This document shows positions 38,181 through 49,307 of a DNA stretch of 49,307 bases, piece by piece (within the stretch, counting starts at the first letter, position 1; each line of letters starts with the position of its first letter). The stretch comes from Octopus bimaculoides (lineage: Eukaryota), in NCBI RefSeq assembly GCF_001194135.2, contig NC_068985.1:13239537-13288843 (forward strand). Reading direction: 5' to 3'. The notes below the pieces were generated by a model that was not told where the DNA came from, made no database searches, and saw only the letters and a list, made by a program, of their open reading frames with translations. Both the position numbers and the translations under genes were made by a program.

Positions 38181-38640
38181 CTGTACACAGCTTCTCTTCT
38201 CTGTCCCAAATCATTATATCAGGTCTGTTGTACTTCCATTTTATTGAATTTTCACATGGAGATTCCACTAGCTCGCCTTTTTATTATGACTGGCTATGGC
38301 ATCTACCATACAGTGGATTCTTATTTCTTTGTCCTCGAGGTTATCCTTCCAGCGGATTTCATTATAGAGTGCCCTAGCTACACCATGTCTCATCGGTAAA
38401 TAAAACCGTGATGACGTTTTCGGACAACTGCTTATGTGGGTGATATCTTCGGTTTTAACCCAGCGAAGTCTACACCAGTTGCCACATTTTACTGCTTTTC
38501 CTGCATTTCTATCACTTTTGTGCTTTAGATACTTGGTTGATATTTCCTGTTCCTCAATTGCAAACACATACCCTTCAAAGTGGGAGGTAGTGACCCGGCT
38601 ATTGGTCCATGATAAACTCCCTTGATGATCGGTGTTATTA
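38181..38640 (-). mobile_element. Decayed R4/Dong-like RLE retrotransposon fragment joined to the CR1 fragment
   Basis: Translates as SHFEGYVFAIEEQEISTKYL...NWCRLRWVKTEDITHISSCPK...RHGVA...KYNRPDIMIWDREEKLC (zinc knuckle plus PD motif). Confidence 0.75.
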
Positions 38641-39509
38641 TCAACTGTATGTATGTATGCATGTATGTATGTATGTATGTATGTATGTATTTATGTATAT
38701 ATGTATACAGGGTATTGGTGTGTCCAACTTGATTTTGTTCACCAGTGATCTAGTGTTTCCTTTGCCTGAGTATCTAGTCAAATAATTTGTTCATCATACA
38801 TTCTGGTAATTTATTATAAAATTGTCCGACTCTCGGTTCAAATCTCGATCGGCTACTTACTCAAATACCTCACCAGATTTTGCCCGCTTGTGGTTTAACG
38901 TTCTGGCTTACTCAATGCCAGTTGACATCATTCTTTTATCACGTGTTCTAATCAGTCGATATTTCAAACTACAGTCTACCATTATGACTGGATGGTAGTC
39001 TGTGGACGCCATTTGTTCGTTTATCAAGTATCCTGGTTATTATCAGTGTAGGTTTCAAATTGACTGATTCCCCTCGGACGTAGTTTTCTAATGCCCTGAC
39101 AAGACGAATGCTAACTGAAAATCCTTTGTGGATTTCATTATTTTTTGCTCAAAGGCCATTTTTAATCAATATCATAATCCAGTTATTCAATCTTGGCCAG
39201 AATTCAGCAAAATGAATCGGAACAATATAATTACACATTGATTTTAATTTAGGATTTTGAATCCCGGATGAAAGCCCTTTATGTTCTTTTAGTTGTGTAG
39301 GTATTTCGAATATACATATACAGTGTTTATTTATTCTCCCTTGTAATAAAGTATTTATTTTAAGTAGGGATAAATATTACCTCTTAGTTTTGATTTATAT
39401 TTCTTAATAAGCATGGTTCTTATATTTAGTAGTAACTGGACTGAAGCCTTCTTGATTCATTAATATAAAAGCAAAGTTTGGAACATTTGTTTATTGGACA
39501 AAATTTTAT

Positions 39510-39552
39510 ATGGCGGTGCATCAGCATGGCCCCAGCTCTGAGCTGAAACTAG
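39510..39552 (+). mobile_element. Orphan CR1-type LINE 3' tail
   Basis: ATGGCGGTGCATCAGCATGGCCCCAGCTCTGAGCTGAAACT matches the tail at ~554-595. Confidence 0.6.
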
Positions 39553-39752
39553 GGGAAAAAATATGATTAGTAATGAGTATAGCTTGTGGTGTTGGGTGTT
39601 GAGTGTTGGGTCCTCTTATCTGTTGAAGACAGACCCTCATTCTGTGTCTTATACTCAATGCAGTTTGTACTATATACTTTTCACTACAAACTTGTATTTG
39701 AAAACATAGTTCCAATTTCCTAATGGGAAATTATGGATGTATATACGTATGT

Positions 39753-39807
<55 letters not shown>

Positions 39808-40790
39808 NNNNNNNNNNNNNNNNNNNNNNNNNNNNNNNNNNNNNNNNNNNNNNNNNNNNNNNNNNNNNNNNNNNNNNNNNNNNNNNNNNNNNNNNNNNNN
39901 NNNNNNNNNNNNNNNNNNNNNNNNNNNNNNNNNNNNNNNNNNNNNNNNNNNNNNNNNNNNNNNNNNNNNNNNNNNNNNNNNNNNNNNNNNNNNNNNNNNN
40001 NNNNNNNNNNNNNNNNNNNNNNNNNNNNNNNNNNNNNNNNNNNNNNNNNNNNNNNNNNNNNNNNNNNNNNNNNNNNNNNNNNNNNNNNNNNNNNNNNNNN
40101 NNNNNNNNNNNNNNNNNNNNNNNNNNNNNNNNNNNNNNNNNNNNNNNNNNNNNNNNNNNNNNNNNNNNNNNNNNNNNNNNNNNNNNNNNNNNNNNNNNNN
40201 NNNNNNNNNNNNNNNNNNNNNNNNNNNNNNNNNNNNNNNNNNNNNNNNNNNNNNNNNNNNNNNNNNNNNNNNNNNNNNNNNNNNNNNNNNNNNNNNNNNN
40301 NNNNNNNNNNNNNNNNNNNNNNNNNNNNNNNNNNNNNNNNNNNNNNNNNNNNNNNNNNNNNNNNNNNNNNNNNNNNNNNNNNNNNNNNNNNNNNNNNNNN
40401 NNNNNNNNNNNNNNNNNNNNNNNNNNNNNNNNNNNNNNNNNNNNNNNNNNNNNNNNNNNNNNNNNNNNNNNNNNNNNNNNNNNNNNNNNNNNNNNNNNNN
40501 NNNNNNNNNNNNNNNNNNNNNNNNNNNNNNNNNNNNNNNNNNNNNNNNNNNNNNNNNNNNNNNNNNNNNNNNNNNNNNNNNNNNNNNNNNNNNNNNNNNN
40601 NNNNNNNNNNNNNNNNNNNNNNNNNNNNNNNNNNNNNNNNNNNNNNNNNNNNNNNNNNNNNNNNNNNNNNNNNNNNNNNNNNNNNNNNNNNNNNNNNNNN
40701 NNNNNNNNNNNNNNNNNNNNNNNNNNNNNNNNNNNNNNNNNNNNNNNNNNNNNNNNNNNNNNNNNNNNNNNNNNNNNNNNNNNNNNNNNN

Positions 40791-41623
40791 TAGGTGTGCG
40801 CTAGGGTGAACTTCCACAATATGAAGCCAATACAGTGTTTAATTTACTATCAATCATTTTGGTACCGTTTTGAATTTAGATTATGAAATGAAGCGAATAT
40901 ATATGTGTGTGTGTGTGTGTGTTTGTTGATATACCGAGTGTATACCAAGTTATACACTTTATATGCACATATATATGTCTTATGCACCTCTTTCAATTAT
41001 CGCTTCGTCACAAGCACGAACTCATCAATTTTCTTTCTAAACATGTTTTATACATTTCTCCGCCACAGCCTTCTGTCATTTACTTTCCTTGCTCCTCCGA
41101 CTTCTCTTCCTCTATGATTTATTTTCTATCACTCTATGTAGTGTTCCTTTATTCATTGCTACCCCACTAAACCTATGTTAACCCTCTCTCTTTCTCTCTC
41201 TTTCTCTCTCCCTCTGCTTTCTTATACTTTTCTTCCTTCTCTCACCTCGAAGTATGTTGTGACAAGAGAAATCATTCCAGTACCCAATGTAACATACAGC
41301 ATTGTTGTATTGTATACATTTGTATATGCGCTTATATATTTGCATATATANNNNNNNNNNTATATATATATAAACACAATGATGAGAGTGAAATAGAGAC
41401 ATGGTAGGTGTGCGCTAGGGTGAACTTCCACAATATGAAGCCAATACAGTGTTTAATTTACTATCAATCATTTTGGTACCGTTTTGAATTTAGATTATGA
41501 AATGAAGCGAATATATATGTGTGTGTGTGTGTGTGTTTGTTGATATACCGAGTGTATACCAAGTTATACACTTTATATGCACATATATATGTCTTATGCA
41601 CCTCTTTCAATTATCGCTTCGTC
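40791..41623 (+). repeat. 219-bp identical direct repeat (40791-41009 and 41405-41623), bounded by gaps
   Basis: Base-identical by eye, period 614 bp. Tandem array or assembly artefact. Confidence 0.8.
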
Positions 41624-43159
41624 NNNNNNNNNNNNNNNNNNNNNNNNNNNNNNNNNNNNNNNNNNNNNNNNNNNNNNNNNNNNNNNNNNNNNNNNNNNNN
41701 NNNNNNNNNNNNNNNNNNNNNNNNNNNNNNNNNNNNNNNNNNNNNNNNNNNNNNNNNNNNNNNNNNNNNNNNNNNNNNNNNNNNNNNNNNNNNNNNNNNN
41801 NNNNNNNNNNNNNNNNNNNNNNNNNNNNNNNNNNNNNNNNNNNNNNNNNNNNNNNNNNNNNNNNNNNNNNNNNNNNNNNNNNNNNNNNNNNNNNNNNNNN
41901 NNNNNNNNNNNNNNNNNNNNNNNNNNNNNNNNNNNNNNNNNNNNNNNNNNNNNNNNNNNNNNNNNNNNNNNNNNNNNNNNNNNNNNNNNNNNNNNNNNNN
42001 NNNNNNNNNNNNNNNNNNNNNNNNNNNNNNNNNNNNNNNNNNNNNNNNNNNNNNNNNNNNNNNNNNNNNNNNNNNNNNNNNNNNNNNNNNNNNNNNNNNN
42101 NNNNNNNNNNNNNNNNNNNNNNNNNNNNNNNNNNNNNNNNNNNNNNNNNNNNNNNNNNNNNNNNNNNNNNNNNNNNNNNNNNNNNNNNNNNNNNNNNNNN
42201 NNNNNNNNNNNNNNNNNNNNNNNNNNNNNNNNNNNNNNNNNNNNNNNNNNNNNNNNTATATATATATAAATGTTCTGTATTTTTGTAATTCTCGTCAGTA
42301 TTATTGTGTAACACACTGGATAATCAACGCCTCAGTAATGGAATCTGTAGCATTAAAGATTACACAAGGTTTAGAGAGTTCACTAACACAATATAAGATA
42401 TTATAATAGTTTATCTGTCCTTAGGAATTTATATCGGTTCAACAGTGCAAACACTTTGCTTTATAAATTGTTCTCTCTTGAACAATCAGAACTTAGAACT
42501 GGGGCTTCACCGAAAGAAATTGAAGTAGGCTTCAGGTTGTTTGCTAATGTTCGTTGGACAATTTCACATCGACACCTTCACTAGTTTAATCCCTTTGAAT
42601 AACGCATCTAAAACGATTTGTGAATTATATTGTGTTCCCTTGATTCGCCATTTCTCTAAGATAAAATACTCAATTCATTTATTTGATTAACGTAACGATT
42701 TTCGGAAAGCCTTGTGTACATTCAGCTAGCAAACGCTACATATTATAAGAAGAACTATAATTGATGCCTCGTCTTCAGCGATGTGTGCTTTAGCTGTGTG
42801 GTCAATTGGAAGATCGACTCATTGAATTATATTGAATTTTGGATGTGTACACCATAGACACCTCTTCGCATGATGTAATCTTCAAGTTGAACGAGCCTGG
42901 TGTCGTGTGGAGCAAAGTTGACTTTTGAAATATAGATATAGTCATCGAGTGCGCTTTCACAGTTTCAGCCTATGGAATTTCAATAAGAAAAATTGGATGC
43001 ATCCGAGAATAGTGTGACAGTCATTTGCCTGAGATCGCACGTAATAGTATTCAAAACGGTTTTTTTTTAAGATTCTTAGGAAAACTTCCTCACAGTTCGG
43101 TGTCTCACACATACATATATATGTACATACAATACACACAGACACACACCGATATAGAT

Positions 43160-43192
<33 letters not shown>

Positions 43193-43590
43193 NNNNNNNN
43201 NNNNNNNNNNNNNNNNNNNNNNNNNNNNNNNNNNNNNNNNNNNNNNNNNNNNNNNNNNNNNNNNNNNNNNNNNNNNNNNNNNNNNNNNNNNNNNNNNNNN
43301 NNNNNNNNNNNNNNNNNNNNNNNNNNNNNNNNNNNNNNNNNNNNNNNNNNNNNNNNNNNNNNNNNNNNNNNNNNNNNNNNNNNNNNNNNNNNNNNNNNNN
43401 NNNNNNNNNNNNNNNNNNNNNNNNNNNNNNNNNNNNNNNNNNNNNNNNNNNNNNNNNNNNNNNNNNNNNNNNNNNNNNNNNNNNNNNNNNNNNNNNNNNN
43501 NNNNNNNNNNNNNNNNNNNNNNNNNNNNNNNNNNNNNNNNNNNNNNNNNNNNNNNNNNNNNNNGCTTTACCAGTAAGCTACCAGGGGAAA

Positions 43591-43960
43591 GTGGAGGCGC
43601 AATGGCCTAGTGGTTAGGGCAGCGGCCTCGAGTCATAGGATCGTGGTTTCGATTCCCAGACCGGGCGTCGTGAGTGTTTATTGAACGAAAACACCTAAAG
43701 CTCCACGAAGCTCCGGCAGGGGATGGTGGCTAACCCTGCTGTACACTTTCACCACAACTTTCTCTCACTCTTACTTTCTGTTTCTGTTGTGCCTGTAATT
43801 CAAAGGGTCAGCCTTGTCACTCTGTGTCACGCTGAATATCCCCGAGAACTACGTTAATGGTACACGTGTCTGTGGAGTGCACGTTCATTTCACGAGCAGG
43901 CTGTTCCGTTGATCGGATCAACTGGAACCCTCGTCGTCGTAAGCGACGGAGTGCCAACAA
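43591..43960 (+). mobile_element. SINE family C, full length with TSD
   Basis: Same element as 21530-21911. TSD ACCAGG(G/T)GAAA at 43580-90 and 43960-70. Confidence 0.9.
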
Positions 43961-43990
43961 CCAGGTGAAAACCATTCGTTTTATTAACTA

Positions 43991-44023
<33 letters not shown>

Positions 44024-45474
44024 AATATATGTATACATATATATACATGTATACACACTTACACTCACACACACAAACAAGGCAGATTAAATATCGTTTC
44101 GTGGATCACATAAAAAGTGTAGTTTTCAAATAGTTCACTACATGAGACTCTTCACTATATTGCTTACAAGATGTCATTTGCACTGGTGGAGCGCTTGATT
44201 ATAATAACAATTTGGCAAATTGCCGACTCGAGCAAATGGTTTCGAAGCAAAAGGAAAAGAAATGTTACTACCCACTCTCTCCTACAAATACTTTTTGACA
44301 TGTGACAGCAAATGTGGGCTGGTGTAATATTCACCGTAAACAAATACTGAAATGAATATTTGTTATTCATTTTCATTTTATGACTCGTCTCTGAAGCGAT
44401 TTTTTCTCTCAGACCCATCCGACATTTGCATTGCGATCCATAATATATGGTTCTGTTTTACTAGACACAAGTAACGCACTTACAATTCATAGACTGTAAT
44501 ACGAGCAATCTAGTAAAAGACAACATATGTTCTATAACATATCTGACAGCTATCGTCTGAACATCTCCCAAATAGTAGTTTGTAATGGGAATATTGGATA
44601 TTAGGAAGCGATATATGAAGGCGGTTATTAGAGTTTTCCGCTACTTTTTCAACTCAACTCGCAATAATGGTGGTGTATTGATTATAAATACAGCAACAAA
44701 ATTATCCAAATAAATTGGATTAGGTTTAGGAGAGCTAGGCTTATCTCAGCAAAAACAGGTATAAAAATAACACTCAAATTCATATTGCTGAACAATCATA
44801 TAGGCATCCGTTTGCATGGACAATACTTTCATGAATCGAATGCCCTTGCATAAACAATATGAAATATATTTAGCTTAAATCTGCAGATCCAGTATAAAGC
44901 AACAGAAGCAGGAATCACAATGAGATTCGTTAAAAGGAAAATTCACAAATTATACTTTATCAATAAAAAATAATGTCGGCTGCAGCATGTTATTTCAAGC
45001 GATATACAGCGATAAATTTGCAAAGTTGCACTACATACTCCAACCATTATTTATTGTTTGAATAACATTTACTCTGTTTGTCGTATAAATAATTCTCTAG
45101 CTGTCTCCGAAAATTATAATGTAAAGATGTTAGGGATTTTATCATACAAATAAACCCCTAGGTTCTATGCAGTAAATATGATATCACCCTACATAACAGG
45201 AATGAGAGCAGCTTAATTATTAATCGACACAGTTCTAGAAAATAACTGTGATATAGAAGAGGAGTGGAATTAAAGGGTATTAATCTGCATCGACCAAGTT
45301 ACTGCACTGGAAGCATTATTACGGTTTCCGTTAATAAGCAGGGGCACGTTGTAGAATATATCAATAATTGGATCTGGAATGTAACAGAAACACGTCTCAC
45401 AGAGCATTTAACATCGAAAATTTTCTTGGCGCATTTCTAACAACAACAACAACAATAGCAATAATAATCCTTTT

Positions 45475-45660
45475 TACTAAAGGCACAAGGCCTAAAGTTT
45501 GCGGGAGGGGACTAGGCGATTATATCGACCGTAGAATTCAAAAAGTACTTAATTTATCGACTCCCAAAAAGATGAAAGGCAAAGTAGACATCGGCAGAAT
45601 TTGAACTTAGAACATAAAGACAGACAAATGGCGCTAAGCATTTTATCCGGTGTGCTAAAG
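45475..45660 (-). mobile_element. SINE family B
   Basis: AAGGCACAAGGCCTAAAG...GATGAAAGGCAAAGTAGACATCGGCAGAATTTGAACTTAG...CTAAGCATTTT. Confidence 0.8.
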
Positions 45661-45665
45661 TAATG

Positions 45666-45720
<55 letters not shown>

Positions 45721-45721
<1 letters not shown>

Positions 45722-46170
45722 TGGTACGACCATAAACCCGAATGCATCATCGAAAATGATAATGCAAAGATGCTCTGGGATTTTATGATTCAGTGCAACC
45801 ATGAGATAGAGAATAGGAAGCCGGACATAGTCTTAATTGAGAAAGAAAACAAACTATGCTGGATCATAGATATAGCATGCCCAGCTGACAACAAGGTATG
45901 CGATGAGGAAGAAAGAAAAGTCGAGAGATACGACAGGTTACCTTGGGAAGTTAAGAAGTTGTGGTCGATGAAAAACGTAGCAGTAGTACCAATAATTGTC
46001 TGAGCCCTGGGAACAGTGAGCAAAAATCTCGAGAAGCACGTGGAACAAATAGGGGCTGCAATAAGGATGGAGCACTTGCAGAAAACAGCACTGCTTGGAA
46101 CCACCCGAATACTCCGGAAGGTGCTCGAAAAATAAGAGGTGTTAGCTTAGTTCACTGGTAGTGAACAGCT
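45721..46170 (+). mobile_element. 5'-truncated R4/Dong-clade RLE fragment directly after (TAA)n at 45661-45720
   Basis: Translates as WYDHKPECIIENDNAKMLWDFMIQCNHEIENRKPDIVLIEKENKLCWIIDIACPAD...VVPIIV*ALG...ALLGTTRILRKVLEK*. 3' UTR hairpin GTTCAC-TGGTA-GTGAAC. Confidence 0.88.
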
Positions 46171-46285
46171 GACATAATTGCGTGCAACACATGGTTTGCG
46201 GACGGCTGTTCTACGGGGCAGAGGACCAGATTAATCTGCTTGAAACAGACATAGCATATAATAGACACATTATTTAATTATTTCT

Positions 46286-46692
46286 ACTTAAGGCACAAGG
46301 CCTTGAAAATTTGGTGGGTAACGGTGCTAGCCGATTACATCGACTCCAGTGCGTAACTGGTACTTATTTCATCGACCCCGAAAGGATGAAAGGCAAAGTC
46401 GACCTCGGCAGAATTTGAACTCAGAGCGTAGCGGCAAACGAAATACATCTAAGCATTTCGCCCGGCATGCTAGATACGTTATATAATATTCTCTACTCTA
46501 GGCACAAGGCCCGAAATTTGGGGGGAGGGGGCCAGTCAATTAGATCGACCGCAGTACGCAACTGGTACTTAATTTATCGATCCCGAAAGGATGAAAGGCA
46601 AAGTCGCCCTCGGTGGAATTTGAACTCAGAACGTTGCGGCAGACGAAATACCTCTAAGCATTTCACCCGGCGTGCTAGATACGTTATATAAT
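46286..46692 (-). mobile_element. Two adjacent 5'-truncated family B SINEs
   Basis: Both have family B bodies and share an identical 20-mer, TGCTAGATACGTTATATAAT (46468-87 and 46673-92). Confidence 0.85.
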
Positions 46693-47087
46693 GTACAACT
46701 GGATAAGACCTAATTGTACAAAACTACTCTATTATTATACGTCTGCTGCCCTGAGGGTTGGTCAAAGTATAAACACCCAAAACAGCCACGAGAATGTAAA
46801 ATTAACATATTATTAAAGAAACGGGGAAAAATGTGACATGTGCGTTATCATTCCGTGACAGATGAACGAAAATGTCGGCCTAAGCTGGATTTGAATTAAG
46901 AAAACATACCGACGTAGCTAAATGCCTTAATGAAGCGCATCCAGGTCGCTACAGATACACCTGCAGCGCCACCACTCTGCTTGATTTGATGGTATTAGTT
47001 ATAGTCACAATATATGCACACATAATGTGGCACACCTAGTGACTTATGACGATTGAATGGAGCCTACAGAACACATTCACACACACA

Positions 47088-47143
<56 letters not shown>

Positions 47144-47574
47144 GAAAGGAATAAATCATGCACAGATACAAAGCAGATAAAAGTTTTACGATCAGTACTA
47201 AAGAAATATGTGTAGAGATGAATTGGAATCGAGGTGGTGACCTTTGCTTAATCTTAACTAAAATTTCTGAAATACAATTTAAAGCTATAAAATATAATGG
47301 AGATATCAGATCTTCGTGTAATAAAGACATCCTGATATGCATTATAATAAATGGACTACAGGTTAGTTTTGGTACTAAGAGTGGAAAAGCAATTAATATT
47401 TTCGCGGATATAAAGATTTCTGAGGTAAGATATAATACCTTGGAAAGGAGAGCTATTAAGATGTACGAGAACATAGTTAAAATATGCTCAGGAGAAAGAA
47501 ACTCATAGTATCGAGTGGTGTCTGTGCTAGTATTTAAAGATATTTTAGTGTATGATTCTATGTGTGCACAAATG

Positions 47575-47605
<31 letters not shown>

Positions 47606-47749
47606 GTAAGTGTGCGCGTGTATGTGTGTGTGTATGTGTGTATGTGCATGTGGGATGGGGTGTGCATGCATGATTGTGTTTTAAGATATTGATACCACAA
47701 CTACCTGGTTTCGGGATTTTTTGAGTACACATCTCTTTTACTTTACAGT

Positions 47750-48800
47750 ACGTGTGTAGATGACATTAATGTCCTAGTTAACACCAACTCTAGTAATGAT
47801 AATGTTGAAACTGAGAGAAACATAACGGAGAGCACCCAGCAAGTAGCTAACTCCATCCACCTAAGTATCAAGGCAACTATAGATTACCCCACTAGGCACC
47901 CCAACAATAGATTCCCCATTCTTGATACCGAACTTCGGGTAGAGACTGTGAACAACAGAGTGCAGCTCCTCCACTCCTATTATATGAAACCCATAGCTTT
48001 GAAATATGTCGTTCACAAGAACTCAGCTTTGTCACATGACATGAAAATTAACATACTGATAGCAGACTTAGTTAGGATAATGAAGAACGTGTCCCCTCTA
48101 TGCAAATCCTATGAAACGGAGAAACATGTACAGAACTTCATGTACTACATGCAATTCTCGAGATATGATCAGAATGACAGGGTTCGAATATATAGGGGTG
48201 CTACAAAGAAGTTAGATAACATTATATGTAATGAAACCAGTGGTACCGGCCCTAGATATAGAAACAAAAACTGGAATAGGATACAAAGAGCTTATGACAA
48301 AGAAAACAGGGTGAACATGTGACATAAAACCGACAAATATCAAGGAGTGGTGTTTGTAGAGGCCACAGCCCATGAAGAACTAGGCCGTAGCTTTTGTTAA
48401 GCTCTGAATGAGACCAAACTCAACATTAAGATTGTTGAAAAGCTCGGGAACTCCGTCAGATCGCATCTATGTAGAACGCACCCCTTTGAGAATACCATAT
48501 GCACCAATGATAACTGCCTGCTATGTAGGATTAACCTTGGCATTAACTGTAGAACTAGAAATGTAGTCTACAGCACAAGATGCATAGAAGGTGCTTGTAA
48601 AACATGAACATGACATACATAGTGGAGACATCTAGGAGCATTGCGGAGAGACTAAATGATATTTGAGACAATATGACGGCAAAAAAATGTCCTCCATAAT
48701 CTACCAGCATGCCAAGGACCAACATAGAGGCAACCTGGGTCAACTTCACATCCACATTTTATCCAAGCTCCGAAAGGACCCAACCTTTCAAATACAGTAG
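47750..48800 (+). mobile_element. Decayed Penelope-like element (RT C-terminal part plus GIY-YIG endonuclease), probably Neptune-like
   Basis: Translates as VDDINVL...ANSIHLSIKATIDYPTRHPNNRFPILDTELRV...YYMKP...ILIADLVRIM...CRTRNVVYSTRC...YIVETSRSIAERL, with stops. Confidence 0.85.
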
Positions 48801-48883
48801 TACTTCCCCAGTACTAAATAGGAAATATACGTAGTAGGTAACCATACCCTATCCCCACGGTTTGTATTTATATACAGATAGAA

Positions 48884-48963
<80 letters not shown>

Positions 48964-49307
48964 CTGTGCACATGCTTGTAGGCAAATGGATATGAATGTA
49001 AACAGACATGCAGACGGATAGGTACATAGGAAATATGAACAGACAAGCACACATACACACACATGCATGCGCAAATGAAGACTGAAACACATGACCATAT
49101 ACACACACGCTTCACTTGAGACACGCACACACTGACACACACACATGCGCACAAACAAACAAAAAGAACGCAACTCGGGTAACGTCCAGAACGAACGCCG
49201 ATTGAAAAGTTTGCAACGACAATTTTAGAAAGACTAAAGAAGTTAGTGAGTGGAAACTTTACCGGTGATTGTGTTAAATAATGAGGCACATGTATATATA
49301 TATATAT

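Overview
AT-rich, microsatellite-dense eukaryotic DNA with about 11 N-gaps. There are no prokaryotic features and no protein-coding gene I can confidently identify; almost all listed ORFs are microsatellite read-throughs. The repeat repertoire looks like an octopus/coleoid cephalopod genome (inference from recall, not checked). It includes three tRNA-derived SINE families, CR1-like LINE fragments, three R4/Dong-type RLE retrotransposon fragments, a decayed Penelope-like element (RT plus GIY-YIG), mariner transposase remnants and two Tc1/mariner MITEs. The most interesting signal is not protein-coding. At least four different short repeat families carry hammerhead-ribozyme (HHR) motifs. One of them (35592-36007, minus strand) is a TSD-flanked, hairpin-rich 359-nt unit with terminal redundancy and a complete type I HHR bearing a compensatory U3-A8 core pair, i.e. 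a candidate retrozyme/circular-RNA retroelement. Coordinates were counted by hand and may be off by a few bases.
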